Notes under the pieces: generated by a model
Told to the model about the DNA's origin: nothing
What the model saw: the letters and a program-made list of their open reading frames with translations, nothing else
Database searches by the model: none
DNA from: an uncultured virus (IMG/VR IMGVR_UViG_3300044638_009799)
Taxonomy: Duplodnaviria > Heunggongvirae > Uroviricota > Caudoviricetes
Length of the DNA stretch: 20,000 nucleotides
Direction: 5' to 3' (one strand)
Virus record (IMG/VR): IMGVR_UViG_3300044638_009799
Position numbers and translations under genes: made by a program
Shown here: one piece after another, positions 1-8,273 of the stretch
Layout of the letters: each line of letters begins with the position of its first letter
Numbering within the stretch: the stretch's first letter is position 1

Positions 1-729
1 GCAAGGGCTGACAATTTAGAACTTGTTGAATATCTTGTAGAAAAAGGTGCAGAAATAGGTGATGTGGCAGTTTATTATGCAGCAGAGAAGGGCGATTTAG
101 ATTTTGTTAAATATCTTGTAAAAAAAGGTGCAAAAATAAGTTATGATGCAGTTTCTAGTGCAGTAGAGAAGGGCAATTTAGATCTTGTTAAATTTCTTGT
201 AGAAAACGGTGGAAAAATAGATGAATATACAGTTAATCGTGCAGTAAGGATTGACAATTTAGCTCTTGTTAAATATCTTGTAGATGAAAAAAGTGCAAAA
301 ATAAGTGATGACGTAGTTTCTAATGCAATTCATAATGCAGTAATGACTGGTAGTTTAGATACTATTGAATATCTTTTAGAAAAAGGTGCAAAAATAGGCA
401 AATATGACGTTTATAGAGCAGTCGAATACGGCTTTGACAATGGCGTTGATCTTGTTGAATATCTTATAGAAAAAGGTGGAATAATAGATGACGAGACAGT
501 TAGATTGGCAGCAAAAAATAATGATTTAAAATTTGTTAAATATCTTGTAGAAAAAGGTGCAGAAATAGGTGATGCAGTTACTTATGCAGCAGGAACTGGA
601 AATTTAGAACTTGTTGAATATCTTGTAGAAAAAGGTGGGAAAGTAGATAATTATGCAGTTAGATATGCAGCAAATAAGGGCAATTTAGATCTTGTTAATT
701 ATTTGAAATCAGCCATGAATAGAAACTAA
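1..729 (+). CDS. Ankyrin-repeat protein (short ~27-aa repeats), 5'-truncated by the window edge
   Basis: Frame is open from base 1 (ARADNLELVEYLVEKGAEIGDVAVYYAAEKG...). About 9 repeats of A-x-x-x-G-[ND]-L-[DE]-L-V-[KE]-Y-L-V-E-K-G-A, the ankyrin helix-2 consensus. Stop TAA at 727-729. Confidence 0.9.
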   Translation, partial: ARADNLELVEYLVEKGAEIGDVAVYYAAEKGDLDFVKYLVKKGAKISYDAVSSAVEKGNLDLVKFLVENGGKIDEYTVNRAVRIDNLALVKYLVDEKSAKISDDVVSNAIHNAVMTGSLDTIEYLLEKGAKIGKYDVYRAVEYGFDNGVDLVEYLIEKGGIIDDETVRLAAKNNDLKFVKYLVEKGAEIGDAVTYAAGTGNLELVEYLVEKGGKVDNYAVRYAANKGNLDLVNYLKSAMNRN

Positions 730-773
730 ATTTTCCCTGATATTCTCTAAATAATTGCTAAGAGTCAAACTAA

Positions 774-2111
774 TCAAGCTTGACTAAACTTTAGTACAGC
801 TTGACTACCTCTGTTCTCTGAGAGGAATCTAGAGAATAGCAGGTCATGTCTGATTGGATCTACGTCAGTAACACCAAGTAAATATAAGACGAGAGAACCA
901 GCACCAGAACCTCTTCCGGGTCCAACCGCATAGACACCATCCAAACCAGTAATCTCATGACTAATTCTCCTAGCTTCATCAGTAAAACTTTTAACAATTA
1001 AAAAGTAAGATGAAAATTGCTTTCTAAAAATCAAATCTAATTCTTCTAATATTCTCTTGAAATAAACACCATTAGTTTTACTAATCCCTCTCTTCTTCAA
1101 ACCTTGCATCACTAATTCTTTCAATTTCTCCTCTTCATCAACAATCTTAGGCAATTTAACACTTCTGTCCAACTTAACATTCTCTGCCATGCGACATATC
1201 TTAACAGTATTCATCTTGGCTTGTTCAAATATCTCCAAAGGAATTACATCAGAATATTTCTCAAGCCACTTCTTGTTCATTTCATCTTCAGTCTTCATCC
1301 AAAGATTTCTATCCTGCAATTCAAAAACATCAGCATTTTCTGACTTCAACTTTTCAATTTCAGCTAATGTCCTCTTAGTGTTAACCAACATCATTATTGT
1401 CTGATACTTGCTATCTTCCTCATATGCATAATGAACATCATTGCTCATAATCATAGGAATACCATGCTTAAGATGCATTTCTACTAAAAATTGGTCATAA
1501 CCTCTCTGATACTCAAAATCAAGCAACATCATTTCAAGATAAAAGTTATCACCAAACATATCCTTGTATTTCAGAACCATTTCTTCTGCTTTTTCTTTTC
1601 CATATAGCTTCAAAGCTCTTGCTGCTTCTGAAGCGCAACAACAACTAGTAAAGATTATACCTTCTCTGTGTTTCTTTAATAATTCATGATTAACTCTAGG
1701 TTTCCTATAAAAACCTTGTGACCAACCAAGGCTACAAAGTTTAGTTAAGTTTTCGTAACCTTTGTTTGAAACGGCAATGGCTAATATATGACTTGATGTT
1801 TTGAATGCTTCGTATTGATCAGGAGAAAGACTCTTTATGAAGTTATTTCTTTCTTCTTCGTTCTCAGTTGCTTCTGTGTGAATAGGATTAACGTAAAGCT
1901 CGCAGCCAAAAACGGGCTTAAACTTCTTTTTATCAAATTGTTCTGTTTGTGAGATTAGACTTGGAATTGATGCCATAAGTCCATGATCAGTAACACAAAG
2001 ATAGTCGCCATGCGTACTCCATCTGTCGCAATATTCTAAAATTTTCCCAAAACCGTCAAGGATACTGTATTCGCTATGTAAATGAAGGTGTTCAAATCCA
2101 ACAATATTCAT
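774..2111 (-). CDS. dnaE: DNA polymerase III alpha subunit, N-terminal portion only (PHP domain plus start of palm; lacks catalytic aspartates)
   Basis: HLHLHSEYSILDG, TDHG, GCELY, GFYRKPRV, SNDVHY (PHP motifs); FSSYFLIV, GPGRGSGAGSLVLYLLGVTDVDPIRHDLLFSRFL, then stop before the canonical PDIDIDF. Start moved to ATG 2111 (MNIVGFEHLH), which has an AAGGA SD and lies downstream of the promoter. Confidence 0.9.
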   Translation of the reverse strand: MNIVGFEHLHLHSEYSILDGFGKILEYCDRWSTHGDYLCVTDHGLMASIPSLISQTEQFDKKKFKPVFGCELYVNPIHTEATENEEERNNFIKSLSPDQYEAFKTSSHILAIAVSNKGYENLTKLCSLGWSQGFYRKPRVNHELLKKHREGIIFTSCCCASEAARALKLYGKEKAEEMVLKYKDMFGDNFYLEMMLLDFEYQRGYDQFLVEMHLKHGIPMIMSNDVHYAYEEDSKYQTIMMLVNTKRTLAEIEKLKSENADVFELQDRNLWMKTEDEMNKKWLEKYSDVIPLEIFEQAKMNTVKICRMAENVKLDRSVKLPKIVDEEEKLKELVMQGLKKRGISKTNGVYFKRILEELDLIFRKQFSSYFLIVKSFTDEARRISHEITGLDGVYAVGPGRGSGAGSLVLYLLGVTDVDPIRHDLLFSRFLSENRGSQAVLKFSQA

Positions 2112-2149
2112 GTGATTAACTATCCTTGCTAATAACAAATTACCTCCAC

Positions 2150-2178
2150 ATTTTAACATATGGAGTTGTTTTTGTCAA
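2150..2178 (-). promoter_or_regulatory. Sigma70-type promoter for dnaE fragment
   Basis: Minus strand TTGACA (2178-2173), 17-nt spacer ending in TGn, TAAAAT (2155-2150). Confidence 0.75.
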
Positions 2179-2195
2179 TATTCAAACCATTAATT

Positions 2196-2876
2196 TTAAC
2201 TTAAAATGAATGTGTTCCAATGATCTAATGTTCCCACATTAACATAATTTGTTACTTCACATGCCTGAAAAACTTCTTGATTTGCTATCATGCTTGAGAC
2301 AACATGAGACATGAATATTTCTTTATGTTTATCTATAATCATTTTAAAATGGTTGATAAAGCTTGTCTTTTTGCTAAACTGATATCCTCCAACACAAAAA
2401 TCATCTGATACAATTTTCTTTTCAACAACCGAATAAATAATATTGTCTTCATTCTTTACAACATATCCTAATTGTTCTGGATTTTTAATTAATTTATTGT
2501 TAGAGAGTTTTGAAATGAAAACAAAATTTCCATCATTGCAGTTAAAATCAAAAAAACTGTCACAATCTCTTACTAAAAAAGATCCATCATTTTTTGTTTT
2601 CTCAAGTGTCAAAAACACTGTTTCTGCTGGACCTTTTGTTAAATGATCAATTACAACAATTTGTACAAATTCTCCAAACTTCTTTTTAACAATTTCGTAA
2701 GCATTATATTTGTCAATATGTTCTTTAAGTAATGATATGTACACATTGTTATTTTTGTGCATGTTTCCAATAACATTTTCAATCATTAATTTACCTTTAT
2801 TATCTTCTAATAAATATTTTGGTTTTAAATTTGGGAATCTTGAAGATAAACCAGCACAAGGTATAATTATATCCAT
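2196..2876 (-). CDS. Nucleotidyltransferase (GT-A/NTP_transferase fold; sugar- or phosphocholine-type)
   Basis: N-terminal IIPCAGLSSRF...KPKYLL signature, TKGPAETV, DCDS, EKK, GGYQF, VGTL. Likely start ATG 2876, overlapping the end of the upstream kinase gene. Confidence 0.8.
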   Translation of the reverse strand: MDIIIPCAGLSSRFPNLKPKYLLEDNKGKLMIENVIGNMHKNNNVYISLLKEHIDKYNAYEIVKKKFGEFVQIVVIDHLTKGPAETVFLTLEKTKNDGSFLVRDCDSFFDFNCNDGNFVFISKLSNNKLIKNPEQLGYVVKNEDNIIYSVVEKKIVSDDFCVGGYQFSKKTSFINHFKMIIDKHKEIFMSHVVSSMIANQEVFQACEVTNYVNVGTLDHWNTFILS

Positions 2877-3610
2877 AATTTGTTTATCCATTTCAACAAA
2901 AAACTCTTATCTTGATCGTTATCGCAATAAGGAAGAACCCTAAGTAACATCAAAATTAAAATATAATTATTATTTAATTCTGGATATATTTCAGATAATT
3001 TTTTGAATAAATAATTTATTTTATTTTCATGTTTATTAGCATGCTTTCTTGAATGCCAACCGCAAATCAAATCTTGGTTCAATTTGGCGAGATCAAACAC
3101 ATAAGAATCATAAACAGATGTAATGGGATCTATCAAAAAGAATTTTTGTTTTTCTGTGTTATAAAGTATGTTGTCTAAAGTCAAATCACCATGATAGATT
3201 GTTTGAGGTATAGTATCAGGCAATTTTTCTATTAGCTCGTATTTTTTAAATACTAAAAAACTAAAATCGCAATAATTTAATTTTTCCTCATAAGTATTAA
3301 TGTAATTTTTAAGAACAGTGACATGTTTAAGTGTATTAAATATGTTTTTTAAAAATTCTAATAATAAATCAATGTCATAAAAAGAAACAAATTTAATCAT
3401 ATCAATTGATTCTATAAATTCCATATCATAATAATTTTTTTCAATCTTTAATATTTTAGGCATTGAAATGTCAAATTCTTTCAACACTTCATATCTTTCA
3501 ATATTTCTTTGAATGTTTTCAAATTTTCTAACAAAAAAATTATTATCTTTTTTTATCTTTAATATTTTGCTTTTAGAAAAGCCGTAAAATTCTTGAATTA
3601 TTTGTTCCAT
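2867..3610 (-). CDS. APH/choline-kinase-like phosphotransferase
   Basis: Brenner-type motif YHGDLTLDNIL, metal-binding LIDP, FDLAKL. GAGG SD before ATG 3610. Confidence 0.8.
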   Translation of the reverse strand: MEQIIQEFYGFSKSKILKIKKDNNFFVRKFENIQRNIERYEVLKEFDISMPKILKIEKNYYDMEFIESIDMIKFVSFYDIDLLLEFLKNIFNTLKHVTVLKNYINTYEEKLNYCDFSFLVFKKYELIEKLPDTIPQTIYHGDLTLDNILYNTEKQKFFLIDPITSVYDSYVFDLAKLNQDLICGWHSRKHANKHENKINYLFKKLSEIYPELNNNYILILMLLRVLPYCDNDQDKSFLLKWINKLWI

Positions 3611-3688
3611 CAATTTCCTCGATTTTTAGTATATATGTATATATTTAAGGAACGTAATTGATATATGCTAATGATTGCGCCTGCTAAA

Positions 3689-4399
3689 ATGAAAGTTGCA
3701 ATAATTTTAAGTGGCATGCAGAATGTCTATGAAAGATCTATTGCAAGCATAAAAGAAATTGAAAAAAATTACAAAACACATATATTTTGTCATTGTTGGG
3801 AAAATGAATCAGAAATGAGAAATTATGGATTTGAATCAATAAAATATCCATTTCCTTCTTGTCCTGCAAAAAGCGTTTTGGAAAAATATAAAAATATCAA
3901 TTATAAGATATCGAAAAACAGTCTTTATAAAGATTATTTTGATAGTTTGTATGATCAAATCATTAACAAAAATGGACAATCAAATTCAAGTCTTTTTAGT
4001 CAATTCTTTAGCATGAACAAAGCAGATAAATTAAGAAGAAATTACGAACGAGACAATTGCATGAAATTCGACATTGTGATAAGAATGCGTTTTGATTCTT
4101 TAATAAAATCTAAGTTGGTATTTGAAAAATTTGATTTAAAAAAAATAAATGTAGAACGCAGTATGTATCATTTTGCAGAACAGGTGCAGCCGGGCAAGCC
4201 CAAAGGAATTAATGATCAATTTGCTTTTGGACCCTCGGATTTAATGACTTATTACTTTGATGTGTTTGACGAAATGGTAAAAATAGCTAATAAAAAAAAT
4301 TCACGTTTTTGTCCACATTTTATGTTAGGACAACATCTTTTAAATGGAAATATACCTGTAGACTTATTAGGAATTACAGTTAGAGTTCATCAAGACTAA
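3689..4399 (+). CDS. Putative glycosyltransferase-like protein (family often found in viral glycan clusters)
   Basis: MKVAIILSG...HIFCHCW...SQFFS...FDIVIRMRFD...INDQFAFG pattern. Start may be 3665 or 3689. Confidence 0.6.
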   Translation: MKVAIILSGMQNVYERSIASIKEIEKNYKTHIFCHCWENESEMRNYGFESIKYPFPSCPAKSVLEKYKNINYKISKNSLYKDYFDSLYDQIINKNGQSNSSLFSQFFSMNKADKLRRNYERDNCMKFDIVIRMRFDSLIKSKLVFEKFDLKKINVERSMYHFAEQVQPGKPKGINDQFAFGPSDLMTYYFDVFDEMVKIANKKNSRFCPHFMLGQHLLNGNIPVDLLGITVRVHQD

Positions 4400-4624
4400 T
4401 TAAACTGTATTGTTATGTACAAGACTTCTTTTGTATTGATTCTCTAACAAACATAAAGATTCACGAAGCCGATAAATTTCTTTGTTTAATCTTTCAATTG
4501 TCATTTGCTGCAAAGAGTCAATAGATTGAAGTTCTTCGTTAAGTTTTTTAAGTTGATTTATTTGATTAAACATTTCAAGAGGACTTTGTTCAATCAAAAT
4601 AGAAATATCTTGAATGTCATTCAT
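4400..4624 (-). CDS. Hypothetical coiled-coil protein (74 aa)
   Basis: ATG 4624 with AAGGA SD; heptad-rich Q/E/L sequence. Confidence 0.6.
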   Translation of the reverse strand: MNDIQDISILIEQSPLEMFNQINQLKKLNEELQSIDSLQQMTIERLNKEIYRLRESLCLLENQYKRSLVHNNTV

Positions 4625-4728
4625 AATAATCGTCCTTTTTTTGTTGGTTTGAAAAATATGCAATTGTTGTAATAACAATTGTTGTCATTGCTAAGAATAA
4701 CAAATAATCTATTATTTGCATTGCCATT

Positions 4729-5475
4729 TTATGTCTTCACCAAGCCAATCGTTCTTCCACGCAAGTCTCTCCATCCTACCATGTTTGGTCCTTCAATATC
4801 AAGATTTTTCAATAATAAAAGCCCATTTTTTTCTATTTTGTCCATATAAAAAGAAACATCAACGGGCTTGCTCATTGTGTCTAGATATAAAATTTTATAT
4901 TTTTTGTCTTTTTCTAATTGGTAATTTATATTCATATGTTTTCCAAATATATGAGAATTTTTAACAACAAAATCATCCATGACTAATGCTTCTGCATTAC
5001 TCTCTGTGAAAAATAAAGACCATATATAACTAAATGGCATAAAAGAATAGTAATCGCTTAATTTGTAAAATAACTTTGGTTTATTTTGTGAATAAAATTG
5101 CCAAGATTCATTAAACATTTTAAACAAATCGATCCTATTGTAATCTCTAAGAACAAAATTTTTATGTGTATCTGAATCAAATTCCAATTTACATTCAGAA
5201 AACATACCTTTTAAAAGGATATGCTCGCAGTGTTTTTTAATATGAGTTTCAATTAATTGTAATTCTTGCAATACATTATCTGAAAAAAATATATTAACAA
5301 AGGTTTTATGGCTAAGAATGCTTCTAACAAAAAACGAATTAGCTATCGAATGATCGCAAAACAAATAATTTTTATAATTTTTATTTTTTAGGCTTTCATC
5401 AAATTTTTGATACCACTTAGTAAAAGGCAATCCCGGAGCATTTTGAAAAATAAATCTAAAATCTGGATAATTCAT
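4729..5475 (-). CDS. Hypothetical protein, translationally coupled to spoVR
   Basis: 248-aa ORF with ATGA overlap with the spoVR stop. C-terminal YKILYLD...KNGLLLL weakly recalls a Rossmann methyltransferase tail; not supported further. Confidence 0.65.
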   Translation of the reverse strand: MNYPDFRFIFQNAPGLPFTKWYQKFDESLKNKNYKNYLFCDHSIANSFFVRSILSHKTFVNIFFSDNVLQELQLIETHIKKHCEHILLKGMFSECKLEFDSDTHKNFVLRDYNRIDLFKMFNESWQFYSQNKPKLFYKLSDYYSFMPFSYIWSLFFTESNAEALVMDDFVVKNSHIFGKHMNINYQLEKDKKYKILYLDTMSKPVDVSFYMDKIEKNGLLLLKNLDIEGPNMVGWRDLRGRTIGLVKT

Positions 5476-7067
5476 AGTTTATTCAATTGCTCCCTAGTAA
5501 TTGATTTTGGATCAGCTGAATCATAATCACCATTCATATCCTGACAATAATAAAAAACTTCGTCGCCATTATGGTTTTTAGTTTCTAAAACAACTGGCTG
5601 TCTCATTAAGGAACAAATAGACTTCATTACTTCGTATGCATAAGGTTTATAAAGTTCGATACCTTCCCACTTATGTTCCATAAAAAACATATTACCTTTA
5701 AATCTTGGCTCAATCAATTTAATTGATGGTAATCCTCGATTAATATATTTCCTAAGCAACTCTTTCTTGATCTTCTTGTAATCTCTACTTTCAATCTTAA
5801 CTTCACCATTTGGATATCTTTTGTATTCAAAAAATTCGTTCTTTTCGCAAAAATCTTTAGTAAAAAATTCATTAATAAATTGATAATCATCATAGTTTTT
5901 GCAAACTTCAAAAACTTTTTGCTTACCAAGACCAAGCTTTAGATCCCAATTTTCTTTCTCAAGAGGATCAGCACAGTTTTCATAATCTGTACCAAATCTA
6001 CCCTTGTCCCATCTTTCCTCAATATCCATCAAAAGAGTGAATCCAAGTTTATATGGATTCATACTATACTTACCACCAAGAACACCAGCCTTATGAATTG
6101 AATATTCCACAATCCCAGCATCTTCTGTTTCTTGACCAAGGCTACAATAACCTTGTTTTGCAATAATGTGATAATCGCAATAACTCGCAAGTCCTTCATT
6201 CAATGCTTTGGTTTTACCTTGTGGGCTAAAATAAATTGCTTCATTATAAAGAATTTCTGCAATATCTCGTTGCCAAGGTTTGAATGGCGCATTTTCTTTA
6301 ATATAACCAAATATATCAGTCTCTGGTGTAATAAGAAGATTAAGATCTTGCATAATCTCACGTTCTTCAATTTTCTTGTTTTGAGTTTTTATAAAAGATT
6401 TAGTGTTAATCCAATCTTCCATGTAATCATTTTTTGTTTTAATCCTTCGTGGAAATACATAATCTTTATTATCTGTGATGACAACGTCTTTTGCTTTTCT
6501 TTCTTTCCATATATTCATTGGATCGACAAGCGTTTCTATCCTAAATAAATGATCCATAAATTCAGTAACAGTCTCTCTTCCATATCGAGACATATACTTT
6601 CTTACATTTGATCCATTGTTGGCAAGCTCATTGTGAGCATTCGTATTAGTTCTAGAAAAATGAATGTTGTTTTTGAAAAAATGACAATGCCCAAGAGCAT
6701 GAGCAATAACTGTAATATTATCAAGTAAAGTGTTTGAATTTAGGCAATACAAGTAACATGGTGAAGAATTAATCACCATTTCATATATTCTATGATTGCC
6801 ATATAGATATCCTCTTTGCATTTCCTCGTATTCTGCACCAAATTTCCAATGAGGAAACCTTACTGCAAAGCCGCCGTAGCTTGCAACTTCAGACATTTCA
6901 TCATGAGAAAGCATTTGAACAATAGTAGGGTAAAAATCCAAACCAAAATCTTTACAAGCTTGAAAAATAGTGGGAATATGTTTTTGTAATTCTTCTGGAA
7001 TGGGCACACCGGGAGTGGTTGCTGATCCAAACAAAACTGGTGAGCCGAATAAGAATTTATCTGACAT
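5472..7067 (-). CDS. spoVR: SpoVR/YcgB family protein
   Basis: FGLDFYP, RFPHWKFG, IYEMVINSSPC, AHALGHCHFFKNN, PWQRDI, YFSPQGKTKALNEGLASY, MNPYKLG. Confidence 0.93.
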   Translation of the reverse strand: MSDKFLFGSPVLFGSATTPGVPIPEELQKHIPTIFQACKDFGLDFYPTIVQMLSHDEMSEVASYGGFAVRFPHWKFGAEYEEMQRGYLYGNHRIYEMVINSSPCYLYCLNSNTLLDNITVIAHALGHCHFFKNNIHFSRTNTNAHNELANNGSNVRKYMSRYGRETVTEFMDHLFRIETLVDPMNIWKERKAKDVVITDNKDYVFPRRIKTKNDYMEDWINTKSFIKTQNKKIEEREIMQDLNLLITPETDIFGYIKENAPFKPWQRDIAEILYNEAIYFSPQGKTKALNEGLASYCDYHIIAKQGYCSLGQETEDAGIVEYSIHKAGVLGGKYSMNPYKLGFTLLMDIEERWDKGRFGTDYENCADPLEKENWDLKLGLGKQKVFEVCKNYDDYQFINEFFTKDFCEKNEFFEYKRYPNGEVKIESRDYKKIKKELLRKYINRGLPSIKLIEPRFKGNMFFMEHKWEGIELYKPYAYEVMKSICSLMRQPVVLETKNHNGDEVFYYCQDMNGDYDSADPKSITREQLNKL

Positions 7068-7069
7068 GA

Positions 7070-8257
7070 TTAAAACACCCGATTGGCACTTTGGAAAGGA
7101 GACCCTAAAATATCTTTAATAGCTTTCAGAATAGCTTCATTTCTTCTTTCTTCGCTATTGATAACATCAAATGGAATTTCTGCAACAACCACATTGTCTT
7201 CTAAATCGCCTTCTACAATAGCTTTCTCAACAGATTCTGCAACGCTGTGGTTGTAAGCATAAGCTCCTATTTGAGTTACAGCAACGAGATTTACAATATT
7301 TTGACCAAACTCTTTCTTTAACAGTGAAACAAAAACTTCATTATCATTGTCATAGTTTTCACCATCAGTAAAATAAAAGAAATAGATGTTCCAATTGTTT
7401 GGAGGAAATCTGTTTTCAAATTGTTTTGCGACTAGATCTAAAGCTGTAGAGCATGTGGTGCCACCGCCATTTCTTATCCTGTAGAAATCTTTGGCATCGA
7501 CTTCATGAGCGGCAACATCGTGCCATACATAAAGTCTTTCTACTCGTTCATAAAAATTTCGAATATAAGTATCAATCCAATATGCCATGTCAGAAACAAC
7601 GGACACTTTCCTGTCGTCCATAGATCCACTAGCATCTCTGGCAAAGATAACCACAGCATTGCTGGACGGAAATTTAATTTCTTTGTATTGTCGATATCTT
7701 TTGTCAGAGTTAATTGGATTAATCATCTTGACTTTATCTTTAACACCGGGAATTTCATATAAATTGTTAATTTCTCCAGTTCCGCATAGACGCTTCATTG
7801 CTGTAAGCATTGTTCTGCGTGTATGACGAAGAGATTCTGGACCAACAAGAGAAATATTGTTGTATTTTATTTTTATGTCTTCAAGATTAGCTTGTTGTTT
7901 AGGTTTAAGGTCAGGGAGTTGCAATTCATCTTTCATAAAATGAAGGATGTCTTCCATGTCAATCTGAACGATAATGCCTTCACTTTCATCCTGCCCTGCA
8001 CCGTTACCTTGTCCTTGACCTTTGTCTTTCCCTAAGACATCACCTTCTTGACCATCTCCACGTCCAACACCATTGGGATTTTTCCCGTGAAGAAAATGAG
8101 GAATGTCAATTGCAGGAATCTTTATAGAAACTTTGCCATTTTTACCACGGTGACGAAAAATTTCACCACTTTTGATGAACTTCTTTAAGTTCTTTCTAAT
8201 CCTACCGCTGACCACATCCCTAAAGTCTTTGTGGTCAGAATCAATCCTTCTGGGCAA
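7070..8257 (-). CDS. yeaH: YeaH/YhbH (DUF444) vWA-domain protein
   Basis: Gly-rich GVGRGDGQEGD, LQLPDLKPK, SNAVVIFARDASGSM (MIDAS DxSxS), GGGTTCS, WNIYFFYFTDGEN. TTG start with AAGGAG SD. Confidence 0.92.
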   Translation of the reverse strand: MPRRIDSDHKDFRDVVSGRIRKNLKKFIKSGEIFRHRGKNGKVSIKIPAIDIPHFLHGKNPNGVGRGDGQEGDVLGKDKGQGQGNGAGQDESEGIIVQIDMEDILHFMKDELQLPDLKPKQQANLEDIKIKYNNISLVGPESLRHTRRTMLTAMKRLCGTGEINNLYEIPGVKDKVKMINPINSDKRYRQYKEIKFPSSNAVVIFARDASGSMDDRKVSVVSDMAYWIDTYIRNFYERVERLYVWHDVAAHEVDAKDFYRIRNGGGTTCSTALDLVAKQFENRFPPNNWNIYFFYFTDGENYDNDNEVFVSLLKKEFGQNIVNLVAVTQIGAYAYNHSVAESVEKAIVEGDLEDNVVVAEIPFDVINSEERRNEAILKAIKDILGSPFQSANRVF

Positions 8258-8273
8258 TTTTATTCTCCTTAAA

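Noticed and set aside
730..810. Intein, frameshift or stop read-through continuing dnaE
   Set aside because: No intein motifs; further in-frame TGA and TAG follow within 10 codons; no PDID-like sequence seen in the other frames before the convergent gene.
4729..5475. SAM-dependent methyltransferase call
   Set aside because: Only a vague C-terminal resemblance; no glycine-rich motif I.
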